Part shown: piece after piece, positions 42,822 through 54,445 of the stretch | Layout: the number at the start of each line of letters is the position of its first letter | Numbering within the stretch: position 1 is the stretch's first letter | NCBI GenBank assembly: GCA_000004985.1 | Contig: GG738912.1 | DNA: 64,000 bases | Strand: one strand, 5' to 3' | Origin: Naegleria gruberi | Taxonomy: Eukaryota | The notes under the pieces: model-generated | What the model was told of the DNA's origin: nothing | Seen by the model: only the letters and a program-made list of their open reading frames with translations | Databases searched by the model: none | Program-made: the position numbers and the translations under genes

Positions 42822-43181
42822 TTAAATAACACCCTTATACTTCATATCAGAGGCACAAATGTGAGTAATCAACCATTGCTTAATAAATTGCATTTCAGCA
42901 TCTCCAACACTTGTCAATGCCAAAGCATCCTGAACAAACTTATCATGAGTTTCCTTATGAGAGGCAGATTCAGACCAACCAGCCTTAGCAAACAAATCTT
43001 CTTCAGTCTTGAAGTGGAAAACAACGTAATCTAATAATTCCTTCAATGTTGTGCCACAACTTCTCTTGGCATCTAAGGCATTGATGAGAGTGAAGAGTTT
43101 CTTGTGTTGTTCGTTTAATTCAGCATTGCCAATATCGAGAGTGGTTGACCATTCGTATGGAGTTGGGATTGGATAGGACAT
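42822..43181 (-). CDS. Hemerythrin-like (HHE cation-binding) protein
   Basis: 119 aa. Blocks EWSTTLDIGNAELNEQHKKLFTLINAL, LLDYVVFHFKTEEDLF...HKETHDKFV and IKQWLITHICASDMKY match the hemerythrin His/Glu/Asp ligand pattern (H..E, H...H, H....D). Single exon, ATG 43181. Confidence 0.7.
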   Translation of the reverse strand: MSYPIPTPYEWSTTLDIGNAELNEQHKKLFTLINALDAKRSCGTTLKELLDYVVFHFKTEEDLFAKAGWSESASHKETHDKFVQDALALTSVGDAEMQFIKQWLITHICASDMKYKGVI

Positions 43182-43476
43182 GTTTGTTGTATTTGTTTTT
43201 GTTTTTGTTTGTGAAAAAGTGATGTTAGCAACTAGAATTGATTGCTATTTATTTGAAAATAGTGACATGTGTCAGTGACATTTTTGTAATGTTAAAAATA
43301 TGAACTTTTTTGGAGATTTTTAAGTTTGTACAAAATTGTCGTAATAAATTAATGGCGTTTGGCGTGTTGTTAAGAAACGCCACGTCAACCATTGTTTACA
43401 ATTAATTTGAATGTTCACACAAAGAATTTACAACAATCAATTTATAAAAGAGCAGAATGAAAGTATAGGTGTGAAA

Positions 43477-44538
43477 TCATTTAATTCTTGCAAGAATATA
43501 TTCATGACAATAGAATAGTTCACCACTTTTTTGATAAATTACTGGAGAACAATAATAATGCTTTGAAAGGTAACCCATTAGAGGCTCGTTCTTTGGTTGA
43601 CTATTTGGTGGAACTTGAAATGTTTTTACCAATTTTCCATCCCAATTGACCACACTGAAATGTCCAACTCCTTCACAAAGAATGATTTGTCTAGAAAATT
43701 CATCAACTCTGATTAATGTTCCATATTTTGGTTCAAAATCGAGTTTTGCCTTGTGTGTAATTTTCAAAGTTTTCAATTCAATCCAACACAATTCATTTTG
43801 GTTATTGAGATAAATTATTCTATCATTTTCTGATAAAATTGTTCCGTCCTGAATTGATTTGATATTGAGTTGCATTTCTTTCTCATTAGAGTCAATCTTA
43901 ATTAAACTTCCATCAATTATTGAATAGTAGGCAAAATGAGATCCATCACACAACATGAGTGTGAAATTCTCTTCCATTTTCACAATATTCAAAGTCGTTC
44001 CCTTATATATTTCTCTATTATTATTGATATGACTTGAAACTTTCCAAATTGGTTGAGGAGTTTCAGGAGGACTCTTAACAAATGTGAAAAAACTTGTATT
44101 TGGCTTGAAATTGAAAATACTTTCCAGATCATATTTGTATAAATTGAAATCATACTCAAAAAGATACAAATCAGTGCCAATTCTTGAATCATCTATTTGA
44201 GAAAATGCAGCACAAAGCACATTTCCACTTCCCAACCTCACAACCTTGATTAATAGGTTGGTTTTGAGATCAACAAATGCAATTGTAATTTTTCCCTGCA
44301 AGCTGATCAATAGAATAATCCATGAAAATTGTGGACACACTCCGATATGATAGGATGGATATGGGCTACTCCTTGATGGTGCAATTCTGGCATAAGCTCT
44401 GAATGATTTAATTGTGTGGTAGGATTGAAAAGTTAGTGTTGGATTGTAGGATTTCAAGTTGATATGGTTGGAGAAGAGTTGGAAGAGATTGGTGGGAGTT
44501 GGAAAATTAAAGGAGAGATCTTGGAAGGAGTGTGACAT
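43477..44538 (-). CDS. Hypothetical protein (no recognisable domain; possibly beta-propeller-like)
   Basis: 353-aa ORF with an A-rich start (caaataaaaaaaATG). Confidence 0.4.
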   Translation of the reverse strand: MSHSFQDLSFNFPTPTNLFQLFSNHINLKSYNPTLTFQSYHTIKSFRAYARIAPSRSSPYPSYHIGVCPQFSWIILLISLQGKITIAFVDLKTNLLIKVVRLGSGNVLCAAFSQIDDSRIGTDLYLFEYDFNLYKYDLESIFNFKPNTSFFTFVKSPPETPQPIWKVSSHINNNREIYKGTTLNIVKMEENFTLMLCDGSHFAYYSIIDGSLIKIDSNEKEMQLNIKSIQDGTILSENDRIIYLNNQNELCWIELKTLKITHKAKLDFEPKYGTLIRVDEFSRQIILCEGVGHFSVVNWDGKLVKTFQVPPNSQPKNEPLMGYLSKHYYCSPVIYQKSGELFYCHEYILARIK

Positions 44539-44718
44539 TTTTTTTATTTGTAAATTGAAGAGTTATGATAAGTTCATATTGTAAAGAAGTTGATGTAACC
44601 ACAGTTTGTAATGAAGGATTTAATGAATTGCATGGTTATTGAAACATAGATTGTTGTAAAACTAACAACGTAGTGATTACCTTAACAAGTACATATCCTT
44701 AATGTTCATTAATGTGTC

Positions 44719-44791
44719 GGGGTCTTGGCGCAGTCGGTAGCGCGTAGGTCTCATAATCCTAAGGTCGTGAGTTCGATCCTCACAGACCCCA
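44719..44791 (+). tRNA. tRNA-Met (CAU), elongator type
   Basis: GGGGTCTTGGCGCAGTCGGTAGCGCGTAGGTCTCATAATCCTAAGGTCGTGAGTTCGATCCTCACAGACCCCA. The 7-bp acceptor stem pairs, A box TGGCGCAGTCGG and B box GGTTCGATCC are present, and the anticodon CAT is at 44752..44754. It resembles eukaryotic elongator Met. Confidence 0.85.
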
Positions 44792-44798
44792 TCTTTTT
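44792..44798 (+). terminator. Pol III T-run terminator downstream of tRNA-Met
   Basis: tcttttt immediately 3' of the discriminator base. Confidence 0.4.
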
Positions 44799-45205
44799 GA
44801 GTTATTAAAAAAGCAAGGAAAATTCCTGTTAACTTTTTGTAAATTCTCATACGTGTCAATGATTATTAACCTTGGAGCTCCACCAAAGCCCGACTCGTTC
44901 TCCAACAGTCCAATTCAAACCCAATACCAGAAATTCACAACACCCGGAATATTATCTTGTAATTTCTTCACATACGCTTGTATCTTTATTTTAACAGCAC
45001 AACTTCAATCAAATTATGAACCTACCCAAAAACCAAACTCTCCACCAAAAACCAAACATCAATTAATCTCTCTCACCATTCAGAATTGATAACTGTGTTT
45101 ATTTCTCTTCGGGCATGCCACATTGCTTTCTGATGATGACGACATGGAAATTCAAAGCCTTTCAGAAAAAAGAAGGAAAAAAAATTTATTAGCAGGAAGA
45201 AAAAA

Positions 45206-47076
45206 ATGTCAACAGGCTCGCCATCATCACCATCTTCGCCGCAAAAATCATCGCCATCCAATGATGGTGATAAGAAGAGTGTAAATAAGGAGGAAGAAGC
45301 TATTGGTATTTGTACAACTACTAAAGAGAGATTTAATGTTCCTCTCACTTATGATTGCACTGACGTTTTTGTTACTCCTCAAAAGTGGACTGAATGGCCA
45401 GTTATTATTGAATTGCTCCTTATCTTCTTCTATAGTGCCACTTATCTGTTAGGAATTCTTCCAAAATGGGTATGTTTTATAATGATGAAAATTAAATATT
45501 CACCAAATTTCGTGATGAATAGTTCTTCCTGGTAAATTATATCTTTTGGAGATTGGCTTATAACTGTGGTTTAGGATATATTCTTTCAACACAATCCAAC
45601 GGAAAACATTTCACTAAATTGGTTCAAAATTTAATCAAAACTCACAAACCAATGTTAGAAAGTAACTTGTCACTCAGAGGTAAAAACGGTGTTGTTAAAC
45701 ATGAAAAGTATCGTATTGATGATTATCCTTTGGATTTTACTGCTTGGATGGTTTATCGTGCTGTTGTTGATGTTATTTTGAGTAGTGATTTGGCTGGTTA
45801 TATTGTTTTCTGTGTTGCCTATTTTGAACTCCCAACAACATTTGGTCTCTATGAATTTATTTCCTATGGTATTGGTATTTCCTTGTGTCTTTTCAACTTG
45901 TGGGCTAAATCCGATGCTCATCGTGTTTTGGGTGACTATGCTTGGTATTGGGGAGATTTCTTCTTCTTGTTGGATAAGAATTTAGTTTTTGATGGTATTT
46001 TCCAAATGTTCCCTCATCCAATGTACAGTGTTGGTTATAGTTTCTATTATGGTGTTTCTATCATGTCTAGATCTCACACAGTTTTAGTTGTTTCTTTCTG
46101 TGCTCACATGTTGCAATTGATTTTCCTAGTATTCGTTGAAAATCCACACATTGAAAAGATTTACGGTGGAATGAGTTCTGAAACCAATCAAACTTCAGAA
46201 CGTGAACCAATCTTCTTCAAGAATTTGGAACCATTCAAGAATCCTGATGATTTATTCTTGGTTGTTATTATTTGTTATGCCATGTTTACATCTTTGACAG
46301 CATCATTCACTACAGCTGTTGGTCATGCTGTTTTGTGGAGATTGATTCATCATGTCGGAATGGGATATATTCTTTACGGTCAAGCTAAGAATCAAGCATT
46401 TACAAAGAGATTCACAAAGTTAGGCGGTACAAGTCAACAAGCTTTCACATTCTTTAAGAAGTTATATAATTTCTCTCTCACTATTAATCACGTCATTATG
46501 GTTACACTCACTGCTAAGATCTTTATTACTACATTCATTTGGTCAGGTTTCGTTGCTGCTGATGGTGCTTCTGATTATCACTTTGAAGGTTTCTCTCAAT
46601 TGTTGTCATGGCAATATGCTACTCAATTGGTTGCTGGTATTATCTTGATTCTCCTCAACATTTATCAATCTACTTCTACTCATGAAGTTTTGGGAGATCA
46701 TGGTTGGTTCTATGGAGACTTTTTCTATACTGAAACAAATCAAAACAAACAGCCATCATATACTGGTATTTACAGATACTTGAACAATCCTGAAATTGTT
46801 CTTGGTTATTGTGCCTATTTTGGTTTGGCTCTCATTTCCAAGTCATATGCCGTATTAGGATTGGCCATTTTGTCTCAATTTGCCACATATCTTTTCGTCA
46901 AGTTTGTTGAAAAGCCACACATGGACAAGATTTACGGAGCTAAGAATTTGAGAGAAAAGGGTGGTATTGAAATGGAATTATCTCGAGTTACTTCCCATCC
47001 AAAGATTGCTGCTTTGAATGAACGACTTGATGAAAACATCTCTAAGGTCAAGAAACTTTTACTGAAACAAGACTAA
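45206..47076 (+). CDS. Phosphatidylethanolamine N-methyltransferase, CHO2-type (two PEMT repeats); 53-nt intron 45470..45522
   Basis: ORFs 45206..45535 and 45553..47076 join at ...LLGILPKW|FFLVNYIFWRLAYNCGLGYIL after removing gtatgtttta...gaatAG. Two PEMT blocks are present: HRVLGDYAWYWGDFFF...FPHPMYSVGYSFYYG...ENPHIEKIYG and HEVLGDHGWFYGDFFY...YRYLNNPE...EKPHMDKIYG. Confidence 0.7.
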
Positions 47077-47131
47077 ACCGAGGAAAACAAACACTTTAAT
47101 TTAATAAATAAAAAATTTTGAAAAAAAGTAT

Positions 47132-49963
47132 TTACTTGTGTGAAAGCTTTTTAGACAAACGATCAACTTCATCACCAAGCACAGAAACATGTTTCTGTAG
47201 TGTAATGTTGTGAAGTAGTGTGTCTTGCATTACTTGTTGCATGTGTTTGTAGGCCTCCATAGAAATAATGTGGTCACTTCCAGATATACTCACATTGTTA
47301 GGATTATTTGTATTATTTGAGCCTGAAAAGAAGGAAGAAAAGATACTTCTACTATTAACTTTTTCTTGCTCTGGAGAGGTAAATCTACCGAGTGGTATTT
47401 GAGAATAAAAATGTTCCAATAATGTTTGTTTCTTTTCCAAATCGTCCACAAGAATCAATTGTCTATCATTAATTAACCTATTTTTCTCTGATAAATCCCA
47501 GTTGGTTTGTTGAAGCTGCCCAACTCTTTCTAATAATACAGTATTATCGTTCTCTAATTGCTTTAGCAATAGTTCATTTTCAGCATCCTTTGCTGTGTTG
47601 GTTGTAAGTCGAGATGGCGACTCATCACCACTTGGTGTTCTAGGAGTGCGAGGAGTGGATGGGGTTGCTGACATTTTTGGAGTGCTTGGTTTGAGCAATT
47701 CTTCTAATTGTTTTTTGAGATCTGAATTTAGATTCTTAACCTTCCTCAATTGCAATTGGAATTCTATCTTTTCATCAGCATATTTCTGTTTTAATACTTC
47801 ATATTCTACAGACATTTCTGTCATGTCATTTGCTTGCTTTTGGGCAATTTCACTTCTATACTTGTAGTTAGCCACACTAACATTGTTGAATATATCATTC
47901 ACAAAATTTCTGATAAATTCCTTGGACATCTTTTCTAATTCATTATTGAGTTTTTCAATAATCTTTGAAAGTGCCTTGATATTTTGGTCTTTTTCAGAAT
48001 TTGATTCTTCTAATTTTGTCTTTTCAATTTGCAAGTTGTGTATCTGTTCATCTAACTTGTTATTTAATGAGTTCAATTCCACATTCTTTACCTTGATGGT
48101 GTCAAATCTTCTTTCAAAATCAGAGTAATCTTGCTTGAGCTTTTCCAATTGTTGTTTTGTTTCATCATAGAGCTTTCCCTTTTCTATAATTGGTTCATTA
48201 TTCTTGAGAATCTTTTGTAACTCGATTGAGTCCTTCTTGAATTGCTCTCTTTGTTGGTTGGATTGGTTTAATTGATTTTCTAATCCAATGATCTTTTCCT
48301 TGTATTGATATTCAACTTTTTCAAATTGAGAAATAAGTTTTTCGGTTTGTTCCTTCTTATCCTGAACATTCAGTTGTAATTCTACAAATGCTTCTTGCTT
48401 CTTTGTGAATTTATCCTTCCATGAGGCTAATTGTGACTGAGTTTGTTCAAGTTGGAGGGCATATTGTTTAGACTCATTCTTTGATTGATCCAGTTCCTTT
48501 TTGTAAATTTCATTCTCGATTTTAAATTGTTCTGTTTGATTGGTAAAGTTGATGTTGAGTGCTTGATGCTCTTTTCTTAGACTTGACATTTGAACACTAA
48601 AATCCTCAATTTGAGTGTTAAGATTGAGCTTGTCGTTTTCCAATTTTTTGATAGCATCTTCCAACTGTTGAACCTGATTAGCAGATAATTGAATAGTATT
48701 TTTCATTTGTAAGTTTTCATCTAAATTGATTCTAAGTTTTTCCTTCAAATCGTCAACACTTTCCTTCAATTGAGAGATTGTTTTCACATGTTCTTGAATG
48801 TCGGTTTCATGTTGTTGAATTGTTAAATTTTTCTCTTGTATGGTTACAGTACTACTTTGCAATTGTGATTGCAATTGTTGTGTTTGTTGCAAAAATTGTT
48901 GTTGAATAATTTGTAATTGTTGAATCTTTTGAACATGTTGTTGGGCTTGTTGGGTTAATTCATGATTCAAGCTTTCCAATTCAGTTATCTTTTTCAATAA
49001 TTCAGGAGAATCAACTTCCTTCTTTACATTTTGTTCTTCGGATTGCTTTTCTTCTGTTTGTTGTTGATCAACAGTTTCTGAGGTGGTTGCTTCAGGAGTT
49101 TCAGATTGGGAAGTTTCTTCTTCCTTCTTTTCTGATTCAACAGGTTCAGTGGCAATTTCTTGATTCTCTAGGTTGTTTGATTCAGTTTCTGTTTTCTCCT
49201 CAACTGGTTTTGTTTCAATATTTACATCAGTGTTTGGTTCTACATTACAGAAATTTGGAACAGTCAATGTTTTGATTGTTTGGTTTTGTAATTCTATTTG
49301 ATGATTTAATCTTTCAATCTCATTCGTCTTTTCTACATTTTGTTGTTTTACAATTTTTAATTCATTCAAACATTCATTTCTTTCCTTCTCCAGAGATTCT
49401 CTTTCATTAAAGATATTCTTTAAATTCTCCTTTACGGCATCCAATTGTTCATTTTGAAGTTTCATTAATTCATTAGTATTAGCAACTTGTTTTTCAAATG
49501 ATTTGATCTGTTGTTGCTGTTCATACTTTACTCTTTTCAACTCTACCAATTGTTGATTCAATACTTGAAATTCTTCAATAGAAATGGAAACAGTTTGAGA
49601 ATTATTATTACTATTATGTGGCTGCTGTAATTGTTGTGGAGGCTTATTCATCGGAGGAGGTTGTTGATTAGATGGTTGTGGTTGATTATTTCCTTCAATT
49701 CCCTTTTTAACCAAATTCCAAGCACTATTCAAACCCGATGAAAGTTTACTTGTTGTAGTTCCACCTCCACCTCCACTATTATTTGCAGAATTATTAGACG
49801 GAGGTGACATGACTGTATTTCTTCTCGTTCCACCTTGATTACTACCTGTTTGTCTACTCGCTGTTGTTGGTATATTCGGTGGAGGAACTCTATTTGATGA
49901 TGAAGAAGCATTCATCCTCTGCTGATTATTAGTCGGAGTTGATGAGGGATTGGGTTGTTGCAT
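47132..49963 (-). CDS. Long coiled-coil protein with Q/N/P-rich N-terminus
   Basis: 943-aa ORF with continuous heptad-like E/K/Q/L-rich sequence and no enzymatic motifs. A-rich start. Confidence 0.5.
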   Translation of the reverse strand: MQQPNPSSTPTNNQQRMNASSSSNRVPPPNIPTTASRQTGSNQGGTRRNTVMSPPSNNSANNSGGGGGTTTSKLSSGLNSAWNLVKKGIEGNNQPQPSNQQPPPMNKPPQQLQQPHNSNNNSQTVSISIEEFQVLNQQLVELKRVKYEQQQQIKSFEKQVANTNELMKLQNEQLDAVKENLKNIFNERESLEKERNECLNELKIVKQQNVEKTNEIERLNHQIELQNQTIKTLTVPNFCNVEPNTDVNIETKPVEEKTETESNNLENQEIATEPVESEKKEEETSQSETPEATTSETVDQQQTEEKQSEEQNVKKEVDSPELLKKITELESLNHELTQQAQQHVQKIQQLQIIQQQFLQQTQQLQSQLQSSTVTIQEKNLTIQQHETDIQEHVKTISQLKESVDDLKEKLRINLDENLQMKNTIQLSANQVQQLEDAIKKLENDKLNLNTQIEDFSVQMSSLRKEHQALNINFTNQTEQFKIENEIYKKELDQSKNESKQYALQLEQTQSQLASWKDKFTKKQEAFVELQLNVQDKKEQTEKLISQFEKVEYQYKEKIIGLENQLNQSNQQREQFKKDSIELQKILKNNEPIIEKGKLYDETKQQLEKLKQDYSDFERRFDTIKVKNVELNSLNNKLDEQIHNLQIEKTKLEESNSEKDQNIKALSKIIEKLNNELEKMSKEFIRNFVNDIFNNVSVANYKYRSEIAQKQANDMTEMSVEYEVLKQKYADEKIEFQLQLRKVKNLNSDLKKQLEELLKPSTPKMSATPSTPRTPRTPSGDESPSRLTTNTAKDAENELLLKQLENDNTVLLERVGQLQQTNWDLSEKNRLINDRQLILVDDLEKKQTLLEHFYSQIPLGRFTSPEQEKVNSRSIFSSFFSGSNNTNNPNNVSISGSDHIISMEAYKHMQQVMQDTLLHNITLQKHVSVLGDEVDRLSKKLSHK

Positions 49964-50207
49964 TTTTTTTTAAGATTTTTTTCCCTCCATATTTTATTTT
50001 TAAATTGCTTTTTTGATTTTTAAGAGTTTTTCCAATTCTTTGATGATTGGAAGGAAGAACAAGAAGATTTCTTCGAATTGATGATGAAAATCGAATTTTA
50101 CTTGATTTTAATACAAATTATTAAAAGGCAAGTTGACAAGAAGATAATGTTCATCATATTGCCTTTTTCACATTTTGACAAATTACACTGTCACCCTTCA
50201 AAAAAAA

Positions 50208-51752
50208 ATGACAAACCTCAACATTCCATTTCCATCCATTCCACCACCACAATTAAATGAGCAACAACAACTAAATTATCAGCAACAACAAGTAAATATT
50301 CCACCATCAAATATTCAACCAAAAGCTCCAAGAGTCATTCCACTTCCTATCGAACAAGAACAATTAACTTTACAACAAAATTATGTTTCACAAGCGAGAT
50401 GGATTCCAGTGGCTAACCTCATCATGTCATCTAAATATCACGCTTGTTCGAATATGGTTCATAATTTATCTGAAGGTGATGCAAAGGAAGGTTTTTCTGG
50501 TGTTTGTACAACCGATGCAACTAATCGTGAGTTTATTCAAGTTTCGTTTAGTTCAGATCATTCAATGGTTGCTCAAATTACAAGAATGATTATTAGACCA
50601 TGTATTAAAGATACTTGGGGACCTCAATATCTTGATGGTTGTTCAATTGAATACAAATCAGGTCAATCAGATTGGCAATTTCTTTGTAAAATTAAATTGG
50701 ATTCAAAAGGAGTGATGGATATTACTTCACCTCAACCAATTCCAATTTCAACATTGAGAATTACTCCATCCACAACAAGTAATTATATTGGATTGGGTAC
50801 ATGGAAGTTTTATGGAATTTTAAGTGAGACACGTTCTTTATTTAATGAATTTTATAGAGAACCATTAACTGGATTGACTTTGAAGGATGAATTTGGAAAT
50901 GAATTAAGTCAATTGTATTGTCTTTCTTATCAATTATTAATGAGTAGTTATTATGGAAAGGGTGTAGCAAATACATTCTTTGAATTGATGAATGATGCAA
51001 ATGATAAGACAGGTGCTGCAACATTTCAAGAATTAGATCCATACATTCAAGCTAATTTGAAAAGTCCACAATATATTACACACCTCCTTGTTAAGCCATA
51101 TGCTGCCAGTGGTTGGGGATTTAAATATTTAGATAATGCATGGGTTCAATATTCTAATGATGGAATTGAATGGGAAAATGTGATAAAAATTACAGATGCA
51201 AATAGACATGTCTATACTTTACCATTCCCAATTAAATCAGCATATTGGAGAATTTGTAGAGAAGGTATTGAACATTTGGCAGTTTCTGCTTTCAAGTTAT
51301 ACACTCTCAAACCATTTTACAATTTTGCTAGTGCTCCTGTCTCATTACCACAAAATGAAATTCGATTCAGACCTCAAATATCTTCATGTTATTCAGGTCT
51401 TTCCCTTTCCTATGAAGGTTTTCAAGATGAGAGTGGTGCATTTGGATGTGGAACTGAGAAGGGATCATCTCACTACTTGTTGGCCACCTTTGATCAATTG
51501 TACGATATCAAATTAATCAAGATTAGATCTTTAAGAGATGGTTCTTGGGGTGCTTCCTATTCTGAGAAGATCAAAATCCAATACTCTGAGAATGGAGTGG
51601 AATGGTATGATTTCAGAAGTGCTGATTTCAATCATGAAGATTTAAAGTTTATCTATGCAAATCCACCAATCTGTGCAAGATTTGTCAAATTGGTTCAAAA
51701 TGAGGAATATATGGGTGTTGGTACTCTCAAATTTTATGGAGATAAAGTTTAA
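50208..51752 (+). CDS. Protein with three discoidin / F5-8 type C (galactose-binding-like) domains and a Q-rich N-terminus
   Basis: The domain-terminal ...GLGTWKFYG, ...AVSAFKLYT and ARFVKLVQNEEYMGVGTLKFYG repeat three times, each after a W/Y-rich beta-sandwich-like block. Start ATG 50208 (aaaaaaaaATG). Confidence 0.5.
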   Translation: MTNLNIPFPSIPPPQLNEQQQLNYQQQQVNIPPSNIQPKAPRVIPLPIEQEQLTLQQNYVSQARWIPVANLIMSSKYHACSNMVHNLSEGDAKEGFSGVCTTDATNREFIQVSFSSDHSMVAQITRMIIRPCIKDTWGPQYLDGCSIEYKSGQSDWQFLCKIKLDSKGVMDITSPQPIPISTLRITPSTTSNYIGLGTWKFYGILSETRSLFNEFYREPLTGLTLKDEFGNELSQLYCLSYQLLMSSYYGKGVANTFFELMNDANDKTGAATFQELDPYIQANLKSPQYITHLLVKPYAASGWGFKYLDNAWVQYSNDGIEWENVIKITDANRHVYTLPFPIKSAYWRICREGIEHLAVSAFKLYTLKPFYNFASAPVSLPQNEIRFRPQISSCYSGLSLSYEGFQDESGAFGCGTEKGSSHYLLATFDQLYDIKLIKIRSLRDGSWGASYSEKIKIQYSENGVEWYDFRSADFNHEDLKFIYANPPICARFVKLVQNEEYMGVGTLKFYGDKV

Positions 51753-51859
51753 TTATCATATCAATACTATTACAACAGTCGGACTATTTCATCGGACACT
51801 TTACTTTTTCTGTGCGAACCAAACTCTGTTCACAATCAATTGTGAAGCACACAAAAAAA

Positions 51860-52990
51860 ATGTCCACACATCACTTACACAACACTGAGCATGATGATGC
51901 AGCTTTGTGTGAATGTACACATCATCACGAGCAGCACGATGATGAAAATTATGAATGTAACTTGAAACCCTATTCATATCCATGGTATCCATTTATGGAA
52001 ACAATGAAACCAGGAATTAAAAAATTCCCAACACGATTACATGCTCTTCTCAAAGAAGATAATCCATATATTAATAGTGGATATAGAAAGATGCCAATAG
52101 AATCCATTCAAAAATGCATTTATTCAATATTTACTTTACATAATGAAACTTTAAATATTTGGACACATTTAATTCCTGCTCTCTATTTTGGATATTTAAT
52201 ATTTCAATGTACAATTGAGTCAATTTATAGTCAAAAGGATATTATGGATACTGTAATTTCATTCATTTATTATACAAGTGCTTTTTTAATGTATTTATTA
52301 AGTGCAATTTATCACATATTTAGAATGAATAATGAAACTAGTTACCATTTTTGTTTAATTTGTGATTTGAGAGGAATAATTTCAATATTTTCAGGAGCTA
52401 ATATTTGGTCTTGTTATTATTTTTTGAAGGGATTTGATAATATTTCAATAGTATTAACATGTATTAGTTTAGTAGGATATATTCACTTGTGGACTTGGAT
52501 TCCAAAAATGGTTAAATATAGATTAACAAAACAAAGAACAATTAATTTTGCAATTTTTAGTACGTTGGGTATTGGTAGTATGATTTTGAGATTTTACATG
52601 CAATATGAATATATTTTCAAACCACTAGTTGGAAATCAAGTTTCTTTTATTGATTTAATTTTAAATGCTACTTTTGGAAATGAATTGAATATTACCATAT
52701 CTAATCCTCATTTATTTGAATTATTGGATTTTAATAGATTACTATTCAGAACAGTCATTATCAGATCTTACTTTTTACTAATTTTGGCAATGATTTTCAG
52801 AGTCACTAAATTTCCTGAGAAATACTTCCCTTACAAGTTTGATATTTTTGGAGCTAGTCATCAAATATTCCATGCAATTGTTGCAATTTGTTTAATGTGG
52901 AATCACCATGATTTGTGGGCAGATTATACCACTCATGATTCAGTCCAATTACATTACACTTTATTAGAACAAATTTTACAAAAATCTTAA
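51860..52990 (+). CDS. PAQR-family (adiponectin-receptor/haemolysin-III-like) 7-TM protein with His-rich N-terminus
   Basis: HNETLNIWTHL and SHQIFHAIVAICLMWNHHDL hallmarks with 7 predicted TM segments. The N-terminus is MSTHHLHNTEHDDAALCECTHHHEQHDDE. Confidence 0.7.
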   Translation: MSTHHLHNTEHDDAALCECTHHHEQHDDENYECNLKPYSYPWYPFMETMKPGIKKFPTRLHALLKEDNPYINSGYRKMPIESIQKCIYSIFTLHNETLNIWTHLIPALYFGYLIFQCTIESIYSQKDIMDTVISFIYYTSAFLMYLLSAIYHIFRMNNETSYHFCLICDLRGIISIFSGANIWSCYYFLKGFDNISIVLTCISLVGYIHLWTWIPKMVKYRLTKQRTINFAIFSTLGIGSMILRFYMQYEYIFKPLVGNQVSFIDLILNATFGNELNITISNPHLFELLDFNRLLFRTVIIRSYFLLILAMIFRVTKFPEKYFPYKFDIFGASHQIFHAIVAICLMWNHHDLWADYTTHDSVQLHYTLLEQILQKS

Positions 52991-53016
52991 TTTACTATCA
53001 ATGTTAACACATTATA

Positions 53017-54207
53017 CTAATTTACAACCTTTCTAGTCTTTTTGAATCTTTGCTTTTCTAAAATAAAAACTAGATGAGAAATTTGCACACCCATTTCAGT
53101 ACCTGCCATATTCAAATTATTTCCTGTGAAATGTCTTCTAATAATGAGATTATTATCAACATTAAAACTTGAAACCAATGTTCCTATTTGAATACCAGTG
53201 AATGGATAACTAGCATGGAGAATATCAAATCTATTCACTTTCTGATCATTATTCAAATCATCCAATTCAAATTTAGTGTTTGGCTTACTATCTTTTGCAA
53301 TATAAATTGTAAACTGATTGTAAGGATAAATAAACAACTTTCTAAAATCTTGTCTTCCAATTCTCAAAATAACCTCATTATACAGAGTGAGTTCATCAAC
53401 ATAAATCCACGCTCCTCTTGTTCCTTCATTATGTTCAATAATTTCCAAACCAGGATTTTCCAATTCCTTCTCGAAATCTAAATCATACAAGGTGATATCA
53501 TGAATTTCCTGATTCAATTTTTCAAAATAAGTTTCATCTTTCAACCATTCAAACATTGCTGAGAAGGCAATTTGCAATTCTTCACAATAAACTTCACAAT
53601 GTCCCTCTCTCTCAATATATAACAATTGAGGAATAACAATTGATGTATCTTTCTCTTTTTCTTCTTTTGATTTTTCAATATAATCTTTAACAATTGACAT
53701 TTCACTAGAATTACAAATATAAATCTGAGGAATCTTTGGTTTGTACAAGAATTGAATAGGATCATCAATTGGATCTTTTTGAATAAACAAAGCAGCTCCC
53801 GTGGCAATAATTCCACTAAATTCATTCCTTGTAAATCTTTCATTCAATAGTGTAACAATAGCTCCTCCCATTGATTCTGCTTCCAAAATTACAGTTAATC
53901 CTTCTGAATTTCCATTACAATATTTATCAATTATAAAATTTCTTAAATCATTTACATCTTCCACTGAATCCTTTAATATATATCCCTCTCTACGATAAGA
54001 AGTTGATGCTAATATAAAACCTCTTCTAAGTAAGGTAGCATATGGTTCGGAATGATAGTCAAATACTGCAGTTAAAGGTATTCCAACTGGTCTATAACCA
54101 TGACACCAAATGTAAATTCCCTTGATGGAACTGTTCAATGTTTCATCAAGAGGAGGTAAAACAATTTTATAAACTGCTCCTTTATCACTGATACCATCAA
54201 TAATCAT
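53017..54207 (-). CDS. Alpha/beta-hydrolase-fold protein (GxSxG nucleophile elbow)
   Basis: LTVILEAESMGGAIVTLL (G-E-S-M-G) after a beta-strand/HG region (IWCHGYRPVG). About 396 aa; the C-terminal 150 aa are unassigned. Confidence 0.5.
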   Translation of the reverse strand: MIIDGISDKGAVYKIVLPPLDETLNSSIKGIYIWCHGYRPVGIPLTAVFDYHSEPYATLLRRGFILASTSYRREGYILKDSVEDVNDLRNFIIDKYCNGNSEGLTVILEAESMGGAIVTLLNERFTRNEFSGIIATGAALFIQKDPIDDPIQFLYKPKIPQIYICNSSEMSIVKDYIEKSKEEKEKDTSIVIPQLLYIEREGHCEVYCEELQIAFSAMFEWLKDETYFEKLNQEIHDITLYDLDFEKELENPGLEIIEHNEGTRGAWIYVDELTLYNEVILRIGRQDFRKLFIYPYNQFTIYIAKDSKPNTKFELDDLNNDQKVNRFDILHASYPFTGIQIGTLVSSFNVDNNLIIRRHFTGNNLNMAGTEMGVQISHLVFILEKQRFKKTRKVVN

Positions 54208-54445
54208 TTTTTTTTGTTGTGTTGTTTGAGTTTAGTGGATTTGTTGTGAAAATGAACTTGTTAATTCAATGAACATGGAACTGTTAGTGCAGATAACCTA
54301 ACTAAGAAGAGATATTAACAACAAAACAATTCTCAATAGGGTTAGCAATGACAAATCATAGACGGCTATGTAATTGCTAAACAAACATATACCAACAAAT
54401 AACAGGGAGAAAGCATGAATAAGGTGACAAACAACGCTTAATGTA

